Assembly: GCA_045106895.1 (NCBI GenBank)
Contig: JBGCFM010000245.1
Coordinates: forward strand, 1-28,905
DNA: 28,905 nt
From: Polyangiales bacterium
Lineage (GTDB): Bacteria; Myxococcota_A; Polyangia; Polyangiales; Houyiibacteriaceae
Reading direction: 5' to 3'
Under the pieces are notes generated by a model that ran no database searches, had not been told where the DNA came from, and worked only from the letters and a program-made list of their open reading frames with translations. The translations under genes were made by a program, and so were the position numbers. Shown piece after piece: positions 1 through 8,192 of the stretch (its first letter is position 1; each line of letters opens with the position of its first letter).

Positions 1-516
1 CACGACGCTTGCTCCTTCGTGGCGAATCTCGACGGCGCCGCGTGACACCGCGACGATGACGACTTCCCCACGCTCAACGCTGAAGCGAGTCCCGACAACG
101 ACGACTTCCACCTCGCCGGCGTGAACGACGAAGTCCCGCGCGGCGTTTCGCGCAACGTCGAAGCTCGCTTCGCCCTCCGCCACTTGAACGTGCATATCGT
201 CGCCTTGGTTCGCCTGACGGACGAGCCGGCTATGAGGCGCCGCTTCTACGCTGCTTCCGTCTTCCATGACTGCGACGACGGCTTCCGCGCTGGCGACGAG
301 CTCTCCTTCATTCCACTCTGCGTTTGAGGGCTGAAGTACAAGCCACATTGCGGCGGCGGCGGCGAGCACGACGCCCACGCTTGCGGGAACCAGCCACGTG
401 CGCTTTGGTCCCGCCGTCAGCCGTGCGTCAATGCGCTCCCAGGTCGCCTTGTCGAGCTCGTCGTCGCTCTCGGGCTCTACCCACCTTCGTCGGTCGAGAT
501 CTCTGTCACGAATCAT
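1..516 (-). CDS. FecR-domain transmembrane anti-sigma/sensor protein (3' end runs off the window)
   Basis: Not in the ORF track; translated by hand. ATG at 516 overlaps the sigma stop (ATGA) and the frame is open to base 1: MIRDRDLDRRRWVEPESDDELDKATWERIDARL...WLVPASVGVVLAAAAAMWLVL (TM)...EGEASFDVARNAARDFVVHAGEVEVVVVGTRFSVERGEVIVAVSRGAVEI, a typical FecR pattern. Confidence 0.88.
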   Translation of the reverse strand, partial: MIRDRDLDRRRWVEPESDDELDKATWERIDARLTAGPKRTWLVPASVGVVLAAAAAMWLVLQPSNAEWNEGELVASAEAVVAVMEDGSSVEAAPHSRLVRQANQGDDMHVQVAEGEASFDVARNAARDFVVHAGEVEVVVVGTRFSVERGEVVIVAVSRGAVEIRHEGASVV

Positions 517-1070
517 GGCTGACCTCTCTTCATTGCGGCCTTGAGATGAAAGTCCCCGTCGCTGATGCGGCGTTTCACGGTGGCGACGGAGCGACCCATG
601 AACGCGCTGATCTCTTTGATGCTCAAGCCGTCCACGCGCCGAAGCACCAACGCGATTCGAACGTCATCGGGGAGCTCCGTGAGGATGCCGTAGACCGCCT
701 CAAGCTCCGCTCGGACTTCCGCCGGCGCGTCTTCGGACACCAGCGAAGGCAGGTGCACATCGGAATGCGCGCGCGAACGTCGTTGCTGGCGAATCGCTTT
801 CCGCGCGGTGAATACGACGATGCTCCCGAGCCATCGCGCGAAGGCTTGCCCATCCCGCAGCGAGCCGAGGCGCTCAAACGCGGTGACAAACGCGTCTTGG
901 ACCACGTCTTCCACGTCGCGCTGACCAAGGAGGCGATAGGCCAGTCCTCGGACCATACGAACGTGACGTCGATAGAGCAGCGCTTGGGCCGCGCGCTCGC
1001 CCTCCTTCGCACGCGAGACCACATCCGCATCGGATGTTTCCACGTGGGTCGGTAGGACAAGAGCCATCAT
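513..1070 (-). CDS. ECF (sigma-70 group 4) RNA polymerase sigma factor
   Basis: Region 2 (DVEDVVQDAFVTAFERLGSLRDGQAFARWLGSI) and region 4 HTH (LPDDVRIALVLRRVDGLSIKEISAFMGRSVATVKRRI); coupled to the FecR gene. Start could be 1073, 1070 or 1067. Confidence 0.95.
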   Translation of the reverse strand: MMALVLPTHVETSDADVVSRAKEGERAAQALLYRRHVRMVRGLAYRLLGQRDVEDVVQDAFVTAFERLGSLRDGQAFARWLGSIVVFTARKAIRQQRRSRAHSDVHLPSLVSEDAPAEVRAELEAVYGILTELPDDVRIALVLRRVDGLSIKEISAFMGRSVATVKRRISDGDFHLKAAMKRGQP

Positions 1071-1076
1071 CAAAGT

Positions 1077-1106
1077 GTAGGTGTCTCAGGCGCCTCGAAC
1101 AGGTCA
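1077..1106 (-). promoter_or_regulatory. Putative ECF-dependent promoter of the sigma gene: TGACCTGTT-N14-CACCTAC
   Basis: Minus-strand motif ends 6 nt before ATG 1070; a second copy with identical spacing lies at 1161-1190 on the + strand. Confidence 0.6.
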
Positions 1107-1160
1107 AAACAGATCGAAACAACACCCGAAAAGCACTTTAATTGCTCGCTCTAGCGATTG

Positions 1161-1190
1161 TGAGCCGTTTTCGTCACGGCGCGCACCTAC
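1161..1190 (+). promoter_or_regulatory. Putative ECF-dependent promoter of the divergent gene: TGAGCCGTT-N14-CACCTAC
   Basis: Same 30-bp architecture as 1077-1106, pointing at the 1232 gene. Confidence 0.6.
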
Positions 1191-1231
1191 GCAGGTTCGG
1201 TCGGCGACGCGCTACTGCTAGACTCAAGCCC

Positions 1232-1948
1232 GTGCGCTTTCCCCGCCGAGCGCTGACCTTGCTGAGCGTCCAAGTCATGCTCTGCGCGGGCGTTGCTCAA
1301 GCGGACGACGCGCTCGTCGACGTAGACGTGTGGACGGCCACGGAGTCGCCTTTCCTGGGAAGCGAAGCGTACTTTACGCCGGAGCCGACGCCTCTTCTTC
1401 AGCTCGCCATCGGAACGACCTTGAGACCGCTGGCGAACTTGAGTCAGGCAGAGCTTCGATGGGCGTCGGAGCACGTGGAAGTTCAAGTCGAAAGCACGTT
1501 TGCACGGTCGCGAACTCAGCGCGGGTTTCATGTCCACGCTGCTGTCGGTCAACGTTTTCGACGCGGTGCCATCGGTGGGCAGGTCACTCTCTTTCGGGCA
1601 CCGGCAAGCTTTGAGTACCCCGTCGTGAGGAATCCCGCGTATGTCGGCGCAGGGCCCTATGTGCGCGTGGGCGACCTTCGCGGCGCCTACCTTCAAGTCG
1701 GCGCGAACTACCAAAAGACCACACACGATGGAACGGGCGGGCTGTCCGTGATCCTCGGAGCCCAAGTGCCGCTCCTCCGTCACCGAAGCCTCTCGTTGGA
1801 TGTGATGGGGCGCCTTTGGGTTTCGATCCCCGAACACATCTACCCGGCGGGCCTCATCGAGCTCCGGGCGACGTTTCGAGGCGTGATGCTCGGCATTGGT
1901 TGGCGGCCGAACAGCTCACTCGGACTTTCTGTCGGCTACTCGCGCTGA
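1232..1948 (+). CDS. Hypothetical secreted protein, possible outer-membrane beta-barrel
   Basis: Signal-peptide-like N-terminus ending AQA; alternating hydrophobic, Gly/aromatic-rich strands; C-terminus LGLSVGYSR. GTG 1232 chosen because TGcTAGACT (extended -10) ends 7 nt upstream. Overlaps the convergent gene by 33 nt. Confidence 0.65.
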   Translation: MRFPRRALTLLSVQVMLCAGVAQADDALVDVDVWTATESPFLGSEAYFTPEPTPLLQLAIGTTLRPLANLSQAELRWASEHVEVQVESTFARSRTQRGFHVHAAVGQRFRRGAIGGQVTLFRAPASFEYPVVRNPAYVGAGPYVRVGDLRGAYLQVGANYQKTTHDGTGGLSVILGAQVPLLRHRSLSLDVMGRLWVSIPEHIYPAGLIELRATFRGVMLGIGWRPNSSLGLSVGYSR

Positions 1949-2878
1949 TCTGGCAGCTGGCTCCACAAGAACACGAACAATGGGAAAGACCCACGGCACG
2001 AAAGTGATCAGCAGCGCCACAGGAATGTGCTCGACACGCTCGAAGGGATGCCGCTCGTAGAAGCAGCCGCCGCTGGACCAACCGGGCAAGTCTTCGCCGC
2101 TCACAAAGAGCAAGGCGAGCTGGACAAAGAGCAAAGGTAGAAGCGTCGACAAAGCCAGCACGCCCCAAGTGCGGCCTCGGGAGTAAGCGAAACAGGCCGC
2201 CACGAGAGCTGCCTCGGTGATCATTCTCAGCCAACGAGAGAGCGGGGCGTCGCCGAGATAGCCCGCCGCACCACCCCAGCGTGTGAAGCCATCGCCATAC
2301 GCAAAGGTGGCAGCCAAATCGAAACAGAGCCCACAGACAAAAGTGGCCGCCAGCAAGCCTACGCCGACGAGTGCGAAGTGCTGTCGCGTGGGCGCTCGGG
2401 TGTCCCGGCCCATGTCCCGCGCGAGAAGAAAGATCGAGACGGCGAGGTAAGCGTGAGGCAGACGCCATCCGACACTCGCCATCGCAACGGCAAAGCCCAA
2501 CACAAAGCCGAAGCGCGGACGACGGGAGAACGCCAGACTGCCGAGAACGACGAGAGGACCGAGGTTGGCGACGAAGCAGCCGAGAGTGTGAAACCATGGT
2601 CCGAAGGCACGCTCGACGACTTCTTGGCAAAAAGGCAGCGCGAGCCAGCTGCAGGGAATCACTGCAAGGACCGATGCCGCACGAGTCCACGAAGCGCGCG
2701 TTCCTCGGGCAGCCAGTCCGAGGGCGCCGCAGAGAAGGAGCGCCACAAGGAGCTCGGTGTGGCCTTGTACGAGGGAGTGGGCGCCGCGTTCGTCCATGAA
2801 GAGCCAGGTCGCCACGCCGAGGAGAAGCGCCTGAACGCTCCAAAGACACGCGCCGGATTTCGTCGCGCGCTTAGGCAT
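1916..2878 (-). CDS. Multi-pass membrane protein of unknown function (paralog B)
   Basis: ATG 2878 overlaps the end of the upstream gene (stop 2871-2873); many hydrophobic segments; clearly similar to 2871..3782. Confidence 0.8.
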   Translation of the reverse strand: MPKRATKSGACLWSVQALLLGVATWLFMDERGAHSLVQGHTELLVALLLCGALGLAARGTRASWTRAASVLAVIPCSWLALPFCQEVVERAFGPWFHTLGCFVANLGPLVVLGSLAFSRRPRFGFVLGFAVAMASVGWRLPHAYLAVSIFLLARDMGRDTRAPTRQHFALVGVGLLAATFVCGLCFDLAATFAYGDGFTRWGGAAGYLGDAPLSRWLRMITEAALVAACFAYSRGRTWGVLALSTLLPLLFVQLALLFVSGEDLPGWSSGGCFYERHPFERVEHIPVALLITFVPWVFPIVRVLVEPAARSARVADRKSE

Positions 2879-3782
2879 GTTGGCTGCGTTCAGATCGGGC
2901 CAGCGAACGAAGCATGGGCCAAAGCCAGGGACCGATGGCGAGGAGCGCGACGCTCTTCTCGAGGACTGTGTCTCGAAGCGGATGCCGCGCCGAGAAGCAG
3001 ATACCGATTCCTGAGTAGAACGGGTATTGGATGCCAACGGAGCGAATCTGATAGGCGAGGACCGGCAGGAGACACGCAAGACCAAGAACGCCCCAAGTTC
3101 GTCCGCGAAGATGAGCGAGGCACGCCACGATGAGCAGCGCTTCCGTCAGCATGCGCGTCCAGCGAGGGATAGGCGCATCCCCGACAAACCCGTGGGGACG
3201 TGACTCGAAGAAGCCATATTCGAACCCAACGGCGTAGTTCGGATCGTATTCGAAGCTTGCAGCGAGATCGAAGCTCAGGGAGAGGACGAGGAAACCCGCG
3301 ATGAGGCCAGTGCCGAGAAGCGCGACGGCTTGCCTCTCCGCCATTTCGCGGAGGTGGTTGAAATCCCGAGCGAGGAGAAACACCGCAAAGAGGAGGTGCT
3401 GGTTCCAAAGGTCGGCCAAAGACAGTCCGGCGAGGAGAAAGCCAAGGACGAAAGTAGGCGCACGTTCGCGACTGACGAAGGCGAGGAAGACCAGCGGCAG
3501 ATAGCCGATGCTTAGCCACGCCAGCGTTTCTCGTCGAGGAAGCTCCCAGCTCATTTGAGATGGCATGAGCACAAAGGCCACAATGGCGAGCGCCACCATG
3601 CTCGGTCTGCGAAGAGCCGTGGCTTTTGTCCTGCCCACGGCCACGCCCATGAGCGCGGCGAAGAGGAGCTGTAGACCGCCCGTCCAATGCACATGGCGAA
3701 GCCCGCGGAGAGCTAGGCGCGCCTCCGGCTCCACGGCGAACGCAAGGCCAAGGAGGACCAGGACGCTCAAGCGCACCCGCAT
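2871..3782 (-). CDS. Multi-pass membrane protein of unknown function (paralog A)
   Basis: Hydrophobic from MRVRLSVLVLLG onward; shares FLLARD, FDLAAxFxY, GDAPxxRWxRMxTEA, RGRTWGVL and CFxxRHP with paralog B. Start may be 3842. Confidence 0.8.
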   Translation of the reverse strand: MRVRLSVLVLLGLAFAVEPEARLALRGLRHVHWTGGLQLLFAALMGVAVGRTKATALRRPSMVALAIVAFVLMPSQMSWELPRRETLAWLSIGYLPLVFLAFVSRERAPTFVLGFLLAGLSLADLWNQHLLFAVFLLARDFNHLREMAERQAVALLGTGLIAGFLVLSLSFDLAASFEYDPNYAVGFEYGFFESRPHGFVGDAPIPRWTRMLTEALLIVACLAHLRGRTWGVLGLACLLPVLAYQIRSVGIQYPFYSGIGICFSARHPLRDTVLEKSVALLAIGPWLWPMLRSLARSERSQHA

Positions 3783-3935
3783 CTTCGGGCTCAGCGCGTG
3801 AAACCAAATGCGTGTTGTGTTGCAGGCCCGGCGGATTCGCATGCCCCGTGGACAATGCAATGCGCTGGAAGTTCCTATCCCGGGAAAAAGGTTGGGTTCC
3901 TCTTCGCCCTCGCGCGGCTGGGTCACGGTGCGCAG

Positions 3936-4082
3936 GCCGCAGCTCCATCCGCTCTCAGGAATTCACTGATTTCCGCCGTTTCGTCCTCTCTTCGGCCGAG
4001 GGCATGAAACGGGCCCGAGGTTTTCACTCGGGTCGCACGCGCCCAGACTTTTTCATAGACGGGCCATGAGGATGGCTGCGGC
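3936..4082. ncRNA. Candidate structured RNA or multi-hairpin element (no family assigned)
   Basis: Closing stem GCCGCAGC(TC)CATCC / GGATGGCTGCGGC encloses inverted repeats at 3958-3974, 3976-4012, 4013-4033 and weakly 4041-4064. Folded by eye only. Confidence 0.35.
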
Positions 4083-4110
4083 TCGGGCACAGAACAAATA
4101 GGCTCTGCCA

Positions 4111-7100
4111 ATGCGACGTTTCGAGTTCCGCGAGGGTGCCTCCCACAAATTCTGGTGCATCGAGCTCTCACGGGAGACCTTCAAGGTCGTCTATGGGCGC
4201 ATCGGAACCGACGGTCGCGAACAGACGAAGACCTTCGAAAGCGAAGAGATCGCAGTACGAGAAGCGGCGAAGCTCGTTCGCGCAAAGACCAAGAAGGGCT
4301 ACGTCGAAGTCGGCGCCACCACTTCGCTGCAAGCAGCCGCGCGGGCCGTGAAGGCAAAGAGCACAGCGACAAAAACGAATCCAAAAGAAAAGGCGAAGAC
4401 GACGAAGCCTGCGATGTTGAAACCCGAATCGAGCGCTGCGCCGGAGTCCGCAACAAGCGTCGACTACTCCGCGCCCTTCCTGGCCTGGACCGACGACCTC
4501 CAGAAACGCGTGATTCCCCATCGCGGCTCGGAGCCTCCGTCGCGAGCCAAGTCGGCGATCAAGCCGAAGACCGTGTTCAAGCTAGGCATTGCGGGGCTCG
4601 AGTCGAACCCGGCGCATTGGGCCGCCGGCGAAGTAGCCGCCAAACCGACGGGCAAAGAGCTCTTGGTCCGAGTGCGCGCGCGCCTTGCGGGAGAGGAGCC
4701 CACTGCCTTCGACGCCGACCTGGAGGCAGGCTGCGTTCTCATCAGCCATGCCTTCGCGGACTGGACGAAGGGCGCGCAAATCTACGAGCGAGCGGTTCGC
4801 TTTTGGGGACAGAAGTACGGAGCCCTCGCGGCGGCACAGGCCCTCGTTCGCTGCACGCAGATTCGCTTCATCGGCCAGAACGCCGAGCGAAAGCCCGCGC
4901 CTCGTCTGCATGTGCCCGCCAGTACAAAGTCACTCGATTCGCAGTGGAACAGCCACCCGTGGGAGGCGCTGCGCGTCGTCTTTGCGTTCGCTCCGGAGGC
5001 CGAGTACGAAGAGGCCCGAACATGGCTTCGCGCATGGGCTTCCGACTTCAAGCCGAGCAGCCGACAGTTCGTTTGCGCGGCCTTCGTGCTAAGCGAGGAC
5101 GCGGATCTTCGGACCGCCGCGCTCGAAGCGAACCCGCGGGGCTGGGGGTACGCCGGTCTCGTGACGAATGCCGAAGAGGCAAAACGAGTCCTGGATCGAA
5201 AGCCGTACTACATTTTGTACAAACATGTGCTGACGCTCATCTCGCGCGTCGGTCTCGACGCGCTTCCGCTGCTTCTCGCACATCCGCCAAGCGAACACGA
5301 TATCGACAGTGGGCGGGAGTGGGTGCGTGCCCTCAGCGTCTTTGCTGGCGTCGGGCCGGCGAGGGCCATGGCGGCGTTTCTGGGCGCAAAAAGCGTGCGC
5401 CCCATGCTCGCGAAGTACTTGGAGCGCCACCCCGAGCTTGGCCTCGCCGTACTTCCCGACATCATCAAAGCAACGAAGAAGAAGGCGGCGCGGGAAGCAG
5501 CGAAGGCAATGCTCTTGAGTCTCGAGTCAGCGTCGGACGCGCCCAGCGCGGAAGAACTCGGTCCCATCGCCAAGGCGGAGTCGCTTCCCGAAGTACTCCA
5601 GGCGCCCCCGTGGCGAAGCAAACGCAAGGCTGCCGCCGCTGTGAACCTCTCCATTGCGCCGCTTGAGCTTCCGGCGGAACTCGCGCTCAGTGAAAGTGAA
5701 AGAAACACGCTCACGAAACGCGCCCGGCAGGGATACACACGCCCGCTCTCCGCCAACCAGTTCGAAGCCCTCGTGCAGGGCTTCGAGCCTATCGACACGT
5801 GGCAGCTCGGCCGAATCGAGGACGACGACGACCTCCTGAATTGCATTGCGGCGCTCTCCAAAACCAAGCGGTGGCGATGGAGCGACGCGGAGACGATCCG
5901 CGGTTTCGTCGCTCGACTAGGCACTTCCATCGCTCCGCACGTCCATCCGATGATCACGGAGCCGGAGAGTGTGGTCGGTCTGGAGGACTTGGGAGTTTCA
6001 AACGTTGCGCCACTCATGGCGGCTGCGGCGTTTCGTGCGAAGACGAAACGCACCGCCCGACGATGGCTTTTTCGTTTCCCAGACCATGCCGCCGCGGGTC
6101 TCCTCCCGGATGCCTTCGGCGCGGACAAGAAGAGTCGAAAGATCGCCACGGCGGCTCTTCGGCTTCTGGTTCAGAGCGGGAAAGGCGAGGTACTGGTGTC
6201 CGTCGCCCAGAAGTTTGGCGCCGAAGCGCTCAAGCATACCGAGAGTCTCGTTGACATGGACCCGCTCCTGGACGCGCCGAGAAAGGCACCGAAGCTTCCG
6301 CCCTGGGTGGACCTGGGGCGTCTCCCTCGGCCGCGCCTCAAGAGCGGCGAGGCGCTGAGCAACGAGGCGACGAAGTACATCGTCGAGATGCTCGTCTTCT
6401 CCGAGGCGGATCCTCCCTACGCGGGCCTCGAGACGGTGGCGGCGGCGTTGGACGACGACTCGGCGAACGAGTTCGCACGAGGACTCTGTTCTGCTTGGGC
6501 GGCGGCCGGCGCCAAGCCCATCTGGAAATGGGCTGCTCATTCGTTGGGCCACCTCGGCAATGACGAAAGTGCGCGATGGCTCGTGGGCCAGATCAACGCC
6601 TGGGCGAGTGACGGGAGTAAGTCTGTGGCCCTCGCGGGTCTCGATGCCCTCGGGATGATGGGCAGCAACGTGGCGTTGATGCCTCTTGCTCGCTGGTCCC
6701 GCCGCGCTCGTCCCTGGCTGAAGACCGGCGCACAGCAGCTCCTCCAGGCCATCGCCGCGCAGCGAGAGCTATCACCGGATGAACTCGAAGATCAGACGGC
6801 GCCGACGCTGGGTCTCGACGACAAAGGCGGACTCACCCTCGACTACGGCCCGCGCCGCTTCTTCGTCCGCTTTGACGAGCACCTCCTCCCTCGCATTCGT
6901 AACGAAGAGGGAGAGGTCGTGGCGAAAATCCCTCCAGTTCGGAAGACCGACAACGAGGCCTTGGCCAAAGCGGCGAAGAAGACTTGGGCAGCTCTCAAGA
7001 AGGACGCCGACGCGCTTTCCAAAGGGCAGGTCGAACGCCTCGAGAGAGCGATGACATCCAAACGAAGCTGGAGCGTCGAGGAATTCGAAACGCACCTCGT

Positions 7101-7695
7101 GAGGCACCCCCTCGTCGGGCATCTCGTGCGGCGTCTTGTCTTTGTTCATGAGCGGGGCGGCAAGAAAGTGCCGCAGACCTTTCGCGTCGGGGAAGAGCTT
7201 CATTACGCGAACGCCGACGACGACGCGTGCGATGTGTCTGGCGGAGGTCGCGTTCGCATCGTTCACCCAGTCCACCTCGAAAGCGATGAGCTTGCCCTGT
7301 GGGGTGGCGTCTTCAGCGACTACGAGATCTTGCAGCCGTTCGCACAGCTGGGAAGAGTCGTGCATCGACCAAAGCCGGGCGATGCCGGCAAGCAGGAGCT
7401 TGGCGGAGCCGCCGGTATCGCGGTGTATACCGGACGGATTTTTGCCCTCAAGAATCGCGGCTGGGTTCTCGGCGGGGATCCCTATTCGATGGACAGTGCG
7501 AGCAAGGAAATAGCGCCCGGCGTCAGTGCCAGCATCAGCTGGGAAGAAGGCATTGAACTCGAGCGACCAAAGATGCAGGAGCACAAGATTCGCCAGATTC
7601 GGATCTACGGGGAGCTCACTCTCGACGAACTCGATGCGCTTACCTTCAGCGAGCTTGTCATGGACGTGGAGTCTCTTCGAAGCGGAGTACCCTGA
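4111..7695 (+). CDS. WGR-domain / DUF4132 protein (MolR/YehI-like)
   Basis: N-terminal WGR (MRRFEFREGASHKFWCIE...YGRIGTDG...KTKKGYVE), Lys/Ala/Thr linker, helical middle, C-terminal DUF4132 pattern (ELEDQTAPTLGLD...LDYGPRRF...RLERAM...HPLVGHLVRRLV...HPVHL...W...FSDYEILQPFAQLGR). Confidence 0.92.
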   Translation: MRRFEFREGASHKFWCIELSRETFKVVYGRIGTDGREQTKTFESEEIAVREAAKLVRAKTKKGYVEVGATTSLQAAARAVKAKSTATKTNPKEKAKTTKPAMLKPESSAAPESATSVDYSAPFLAWTDDLQKRVIPHRGSEPPSRAKSAIKPKTVFKLGIAGLESNPAHWAAGEVAAKPTGKELLVRVRARLAGEEPTAFDADLEAGCVLISHAFADWTKGAQIYERAVRFWGQKYGALAAAQALVRCTQIRFIGQNAERKPAPRLHVPASTKSLDSQWNSHPWEALRVVFAFAPEAEYEEARTWLRAWASDFKPSSRQFVCAAFVLSEDADLRTAALEANPRGWGYAGLVTNAEEAKRVLDRKPYYILYKHVLTLISRVGLDALPLLLAHPPSEHDIDSGREWVRALSVFAGVGPARAMAAFLGAKSVRPMLAKYLERHPELGLAVLPDIIKATKKKAAREAAKAMLLSLESASDAPSAEELGPIAKAESLPEVLQAPPWRSKRKAAAAVNLSIAPLELPAELALSESERNTLTKRARQGYTRPLSANQFEALVQGFEPIDTWQLGRIEDDDDLLNCIAALSKTKRWRWSDAETIRGFVARLGTSIAPHVHPMITEPESVVGLEDLGVSNVAPLMAAAAFRAKTKRTARRWLFRFPDHAAAGLLPDAFGADKKSRKIATAALRLLVQSGKGEVLVSVAQKFGAEALKHTESLVDMDPLLDAPRKAPKLPPWVDLGRLPRPRLKSGEALSNEATKYIVEMLVFSEADPPYAGLETVAAALDDDSANEFARGLCSAWAAAGAKPIWKWAAHSLGHLGNDESARWLVGQINAWASDGSKSVALAGLDALGMMGSNVALMPLARWSRRARPWLKTGAQQLLQAIAAQRELSPDELEDQTAPTLGLDDKGGLTLDYGPRRFFVRFDEHLLPRIRNEEGEVVAKIPPVRKTDNEALAKAAKKTWAALKKDADALSKGQVERLERAMTSKRSWSVEEFETHLVRHPLVGHLVRRLVFVHERGGKKVPQTFRVGEELHYANADDDACDVSGGGRVRIVHPVHLESDELALWGGVFSDYEILQPFAQLGRVVHRPKPGDAGKQELGGAAGIAVYTGRIFALKNRGWVLGGDPYSMDSASKEIAPGVSASISWEEGIELERPKMQEHKIRQIRIYGELTLDELDALTFSELVMDVESLRSGVP

Positions 7696-7811
7696 TGCAC
7701 ACCGACTGCTTGGGAGCGACTGGTTGGGGAACTCTAGCAAGCGCGAGGTTCCGACCGGCAAACGACACCGCGCTTGTCACGCGTGGATGAGCGCGAGACC
7801 CTGTGAATGCG

Positions 7812-8192
7812 ATGAAGGAAGCACTCTATCGCTACGGCGCAGCTCTTCTTCTCGCCGTGGTCGCGGCGGTACAAATTGTGCGTGCGCATTCGCTCGACCA
7901 GTCGCCGTGGTGCGGAGGTGGATTTGGCATGTTCGCCACCGTCGATGGGCGGACCCGGTTCTTGCGGATCGTCGATGACGAGGGCAACGCCCGCCCTGTA
8001 CCGGTGAGCGCGGAAGCGTTAGTGCGTGAAGCGCTTGTTGTCGTCGACGACGAGAGTCTGGCTCTGCTCGCCGTCGAACTGCGGGTACATGGAGTCGGCG
8101 GCGGACACATCGAAGCGTGGAAGATTCGCTTCAACGGAGCCACTCGGACGCTCACGCCGGAACGAATGGCCCGCGCGGAACTCGCGCCATGA
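7812..8192 (+). CDS. Small membrane-anchored/secreted protein with PWxGGGFGMFxTxD motif
   Basis: Hydrophobic N-terminal segment, then SPWCGGGFGMFATVD; its stop overlaps the next ATG (ATGA 8189-8192). Confidence 0.75.
   Translation: MKEALYRYGAALLLAVVAAVQIVRAHSLDQSPWCGGGFGMFATVDGRTRFLRIVDDEGNARPVPVSAEALVREALVVVDDESLALLAVELRVHGVGGGHIEAWKIRFNGATRTLTPERMARAELAP

Noticed and set aside
3950..4012. Hammerhead (GGACGAAAC on -), glycine riboswitch (CTCTCAGG) or TPP riboswitch (CTGAGAG on -) fragments
   Set aside because: The partner core motifs (CUGAUGA; GGAGA/CCGAAGG; CUGAU...GGGA) are missing or misplaced.
7696..7811. CAAGCGCG...CGCGCTTG stem containing GGCAAAC, as a c-di-GMP-I riboswitch or terminator
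   Set aside because: No GNRA tetraloop/receptor or GCAAA second stem, and no U-tract; plausible by chance.
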